Below are positions 60,657 to 64,000 of a stretch of 64,000 nucleotides of DNA, one piece after another (positions within the stretch are counted from its first letter, which is position 1; every line of letters starts with the position of its first letter). Under the pieces are notes generated by a model. The model saw only the letters and a list, made by a program, of their open reading frames with translations, did not search any database and was not told the origin of the DNA. The position numbers and the translations under genes are program-made. The stretch comes from Candidatus Cloacimonadales bacterium (GTDB lineage Bacteria > Cloacimonadota > Cloacimonadia > Cloacimonadales > WRIO01): contig JBAZCP010000001.1 in the NCBI GenBank assembly GCA_041654875.1, positions 89,920-153,919 on the forward strand, in the 5' to 3' direction.

Positions 60657-63600
60657 ATGGTAAAGAGTATGAAACGAAAAACAATAAAAAAAGTAAATCT
60701 TCAAAGTAAAAGCGAAGGACAAGAGCACGTTGTTAAAGATTTTCAATTGGAAGAAAATGAATTTATCGACAATAGATATCGTGTTATCGAGCCTCTTCAC
60801 TCAAGTAGATTCAGCCAAATATATCTCGCTGAAGATATAAATTTAGGCAAGTTTGTTGTTATTAAAATATTTGGCAAATATTTCGAATTAAAAGATAATT
60901 ACGAGTTTCTTAAGTTATTTACCAATCAATTTAAAACATTAAAACATAAAAATATCGTAAATATTGAAGATTTCATCGATTCCAATTATGTTTTTCAAGT
61001 AATGGAATACATAGAAGGCCACACTTTAGAACACCTTAATGATAAAAGATTATTAAAGAAATCACAAATTCTGCCTTATTTACTTCAAATTGCAGAGGCA
61101 ATGCAAATGGCACACGCCAAAAGTATCTATCATTGTGACTTAAAGCCCTCTAATATCATGGTTAATAATCAAGATATCATAAAAATTATAGATTTCTCTC
61201 ATCCACAACTACATAAAACTCTTTATGGTGAAGATATCTTAACAAACGAATACATAGCTCCTGAATTTTTAAATAATGTTTTGGAAAATACTGATAACGT
61301 GCAGCGTGATATTTATGCTTATGGTATCACTATGTTCGAATTAGTTTATGGTTACTTACCCTTTAAGACAAACTCAAATCAACAAATAGAGTATATTCTC
61401 CCCAATAAATTACGACGTAGTAAAAAGCCTATAGATAAAATCATAAGAAAATGTATTTATTATTATCCCGAAGACAGATATCAATCATTTGATGAAGTAA
61501 TTACTGACCTAAAATCAATAAAAATAACAAAAGAGCCACTTTTGCATACATTTAAAAAAACATTTGCTAATACAATTAAACTCAAGAATATTAATCCTGA
61601 CTATAGAAGTGATTTGAAATATTTATGGCTCGCTTTGATGTCGCTTTTGTTGATATTACCTTTTTATTTAGTTGTTCAAAGAAATTATGAGCAGCCTTAT
61701 AATGAAATTGAAATTGACTCTCCCCCATATCATTTATATGTAAACATGCTTAATCAAGGTCAATTGCCACTTAAAACAGCATTAAAAAAAGGCGACCATT
61801 TAGAGTTTGTTGATAATCAAGGTAATAGTATGTTTGAAATGTTTTATAATAATGAAAAGAAACTTGATATAGAGTTTCAAAGAAAAAAGATATTTGTTAA
61901 CAAGAAACTATACGGTCAAACTGTAAAACATGTGCATGATTTACCTTTAGGAAAGAATTTAAAATATCTTAAAACAGATATTTTCTTATCAAAAAAAGAT
62001 TTTAAAAAACAAAATAATTACGGATTTATTATCAACTTAGATGAAGTAATAGACGAACAGATTTTTAGTGAACTACCAAATAAAACAGCATTTATTAATA
62101 TGAAAAATAATAAAAAAATCAAAACAATTAATAGCTTAAAGAGATTGAAATATCTGGAAGGGTTAAACATTGAAAACAGTGAAATTAACACTGAGGATCT
62201 GAAAGAAATTAAGCCACTTAAGCATCTTAACTTAAAGAAAACAAAAATTAAACGCCTCTCCCCTATCTTAAAGCAAACTCAACTTCAAAATCTCGACATC
62301 AGCGATACAGATATTGAAATACTAAATAGTATTGAAAACCTTAATAGCCTTGAGAACCTGTTTCTGTCAACAAACATGATAAGTGATTTTAGACCGCTTT
62401 ATAAATTATCAAATTTGCGATCAATTAGTACTAATACTCAGGGCTTTCAAGAGAGTACTATCGAAGAGTTTAGACAGTTTTTAGATAGATCTAATGCACA
62501 GAAAAGTATCAGGCATAAATATATTTCAAAGAAAAACAATAATTATTTTTATTTCATATTATTTTTAGTTACACTGATAATGGCTGCAGTTATAGTGTTC
62601 TTGTTTAGGCTTTTATTTAAAAAAGTTAAAAAGCAACTGAATAATATAGTAGCAGATATAGATGAAGCTGAACAGCAAGAAGAACCACAAAAAAAGATCA
62701 AAGCATACGGCAGCAGAGAATTAAGTCTTATTAGAACATCAATAGATGATAATAGGCTCTACACGCCTCCAAAAGATAATGCACTATACTATTTAGGTAC
62801 ATTGTTGAATGACAATGATCAAGACAAAGAGCTATTGAGTCTTAAAGATGAATTAATAGGTATATTGGAAGATAAATGCAAACTGCATGTCAAGCGAGAT
62901 GAATATGAAGCTATTTATCTGATTAGTGATGCTTGTAATCAATATTTTCCAAATGAAGTTTATTCAAGCAAACTAAAAATGGCTAAGAAGCACCTTTTGA
63001 AAAACTATTTAATTAAAATGAAAAAAATAAAAAAAGGAAGCTTTTTAATGGGTGATTTTACAGTACAATTTTCTGATAAATCTCTAACACCTCACATAGT
63101 ACATGTAGAATCTTTTAAAATTAGTGACACAGTAATTACCAATAAACAATTTTGTGAGTTTTTAAATGCTGAAGGTAATCAAAGAGAATATGGAACCTCA
63201 TGGTACAAAGAAGATAGCCAATACGCTCGTATTGAGAAATTACATGGACAATATATATGCAAAGAGCCTTACAATGATTTTCCTGTATATGATATAAACT
63301 GGTTCGGAGCAATGAGGTTTTGTGAGTGGAAAGGTGGAAGATTACCTACAGAAGCAGAATGGGAATATGCAGCAAGATCAGCAGGAAAAAACAATCTATA
63401 TGCTATTAACGGCAAATTAAACAAAAACAATGCAAACTATCTTGTTGATATAAATGACACATTGTGGCATTCTGTTTTTCCTGTTAAAAGTTTTAAACCA
63501 AATAGTCTCAAATTATATGAAATGAGCGGCAATATTCTCGAGTGGTGTTATGATTGGTATGATAAATATTATTATGATATTTCGCCAGAGAACAATCCCA

Positions 63601-63761
63601 AAGGTCCTAAAAACGGGGAAATGAAGGTTGTAAGAGGGGGTGCTTGGTGCTTTGGAACAGAGCAAATGAAAACTATTTATCGTGGTAGTGCAAAGCCTCT
63701 TACACGAAATAATTTTATTGGTTTTCGCCTGGTAATGCCTATTACAAAGGATAAAATATGA
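60657..63761 (+). CDS. Ser/Thr protein kinase - TM - LRR - TM - FGE-sulfatase (SUMF1-like) domain fusion
   Basis: Kinase motifs VVIKIF, HCDLKPSNIMV, DFS and YIAPEF. Two hydrophobic segments (YLWLALMSLLLILPFYLVV; FYFILFLVTLIMAAVIVFLF). LRR-like LxxLxLxxN repeats lie between them. The C-terminus is FGE-like (GSFLMGD, RLPTEAEWEYAAR, VVRGGAW, GFRLV). Confidence 0.8.
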   Translation: MVKSMKRKTIKKVNLQSKSEGQEHVVKDFQLEENEFIDNRYRVIEPLHSSRFSQIYLAEDINLGKFVVIKIFGKYFELKDNYEFLKLFTNQFKTLKHKNIVNIEDFIDSNYVFQVMEYIEGHTLEHLNDKRLLKKSQILPYLLQIAEAMQMAHAKSIYHCDLKPSNIMVNNQDIIKIIDFSHPQLHKTLYGEDILTNEYIAPEFLNNVLENTDNVQRDIYAYGITMFELVYGYLPFKTNSNQQIEYILPNKLRRSKKPIDKIIRKCIYYYPEDRYQSFDEVITDLKSIKITKEPLLHTFKKTFANTIKLKNINPDYRSDLKYLWLALMSLLLILPFYLVVQRNYEQPYNEIEIDSPPYHLYVNMLNQGQLPLKTALKKGDHLEFVDNQGNSMFEMFYNNEKKLDIEFQRKKIFVNKKLYGQTVKHVHDLPLGKNLKYLKTDIFLSKKDFKKQNNYGFIINLDEVIDEQIFSELPNKTAFINMKNNKKIKTINSLKRLKYLEGLNIENSEINTEDLKEIKPLKHLNLKKTKIKRLSPILKQTQLQNLDISDTDIEILNSIENLNSLENLFLSTNMISDFRPLYKLSNLRSISTNTQGFQESTIEEFRQFLDRSNAQKSIRHKYISKKNNNYFYFILFLVTLIMAAVIVFLFRLLFKKVKKQLNNIVADIDEAEQQEEPQKKIKAYGSRELSLIRTSIDDNRLYTPPKDNALYYLGTLLNDNDQDKELLSLKDELIGILEDKCKLHVKRDEYEAIYLISDACNQYFPNEVYSSKLKMAKKHLLKNYLIKMKKIKKGSFLMGDFTVQFSDKSLTPHIVHVESFKISDTVITNKQFCEFLNAEGNQREYGTSWYKEDSQYARIEKLHGQYICKEPYNDFPVYDINWFGAMRFCEWKGGRLPTEAEWEYAARSAGKNNLYAINGKLNKNNANYLVDINDTLWHSVFPVKSFKPNSLKLYEMSGNILEWCYDWYDKYYYDISPENNPKGPKNGEMKVVRGGAWCFGTEQMKTIYRGSAKPLTRNNFIGFRLVMPITKDKI

Positions 63762-64000
63762 AAAAATATATATTGTTTATAGTTTTAGTTTTTTTGTTTT
63801 CTTTAAGTTTTGGTGATACAATAAACGATTTGTTTTCCACAGCTTCAGATGATTTATTATCTACTTTTCAAAATATTTGTAAAAAAGAAGATGTGCTTTT
63901 GTATGAAAAATTTGAGGGTAATATTGGAGAAAGCTTTAGCAAACATTTGTTTTCTAAACTTAGCAAAGAAAAAACATGTGTGCTTGTAAGTAAAGAAGAA
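63758..64000 (+). CDS. Hypothetical secreted protein, N-terminal 81 codons (runs off the window)
   Basis: ATGA overlap with the kinase stop codon. Signal-peptide-like MKKYILFIVLVFLFSLSFG. Not in the ORF track because there is no stop in the window. Confidence 0.4.
   Translation, partial: MKKYILFIVLVFLFSLSFGDTINDLFSTASDDLLSTFQNICKKEDVLLYEKFEGNIGESFSKHLFSKLSKEKTCVLVSKEE

Overview
Visibly AT-rich, gene-dense bacterial chromosomal segment with about 60 CDS, many overlapping or under 25 bp apart. I found no rRNA or tRNA genes, no CRISPR array, and no transposase, integrase or phage genes. The content is housekeeping plus anaerobic amino-acid and peptide metabolism. It includes nadC-pdxK, a class-III aminotransferase plus Kce (lysine-fermentation enzyme), and a TPP-riboswitch-controlled thi4-thiE-thiC-thiD operon. 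It also includes proS and an expanded rpsU-yqeY-cvpA-mutS2-dnaG-rpoD operon. Peptidases are well represented: tricorn-like, M42, M29-like and M16. Other genes are pyrG, murI, recO, dnaX, potABC, a MarR/OsmC/thioredoxin-like module, and a Ser/Thr-kinase-LRR-FGE fusion. Kce, His-type Thi4, the tricorn-like protease and the base composition suggest a Cloacimonadota-like anaerobe; this is inference only. The most unusual signal is non-coding. Four tandem arrays of an 11-bp unit (GTAACGGGATG, 3-6 good copies each, GGGAAA variants at the left edge) all lie in the same orientation. They sit as GC-rich islands in exactly the four longest ORF-free gaps (661-942 bp), 17-20 kb apart. Each lies 196-523 bp upstream of the first gene of a minus-strand block, three of which are long multi-gene blocks (7-12.6 kb). 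Two loci share a 42-bp flank. I cannot assign them to any known repeat class; a helically phased protein-binding array is my leading hypothesis. The second point of interest is a tightly coupled operon at 45.5-49.9 kb made almost entirely of degenerate signalling domains: DUF3391-like, HDOD, a pseudo-KaiC/pseudo-receiver protein, REC, and a degenerate GGDEF.
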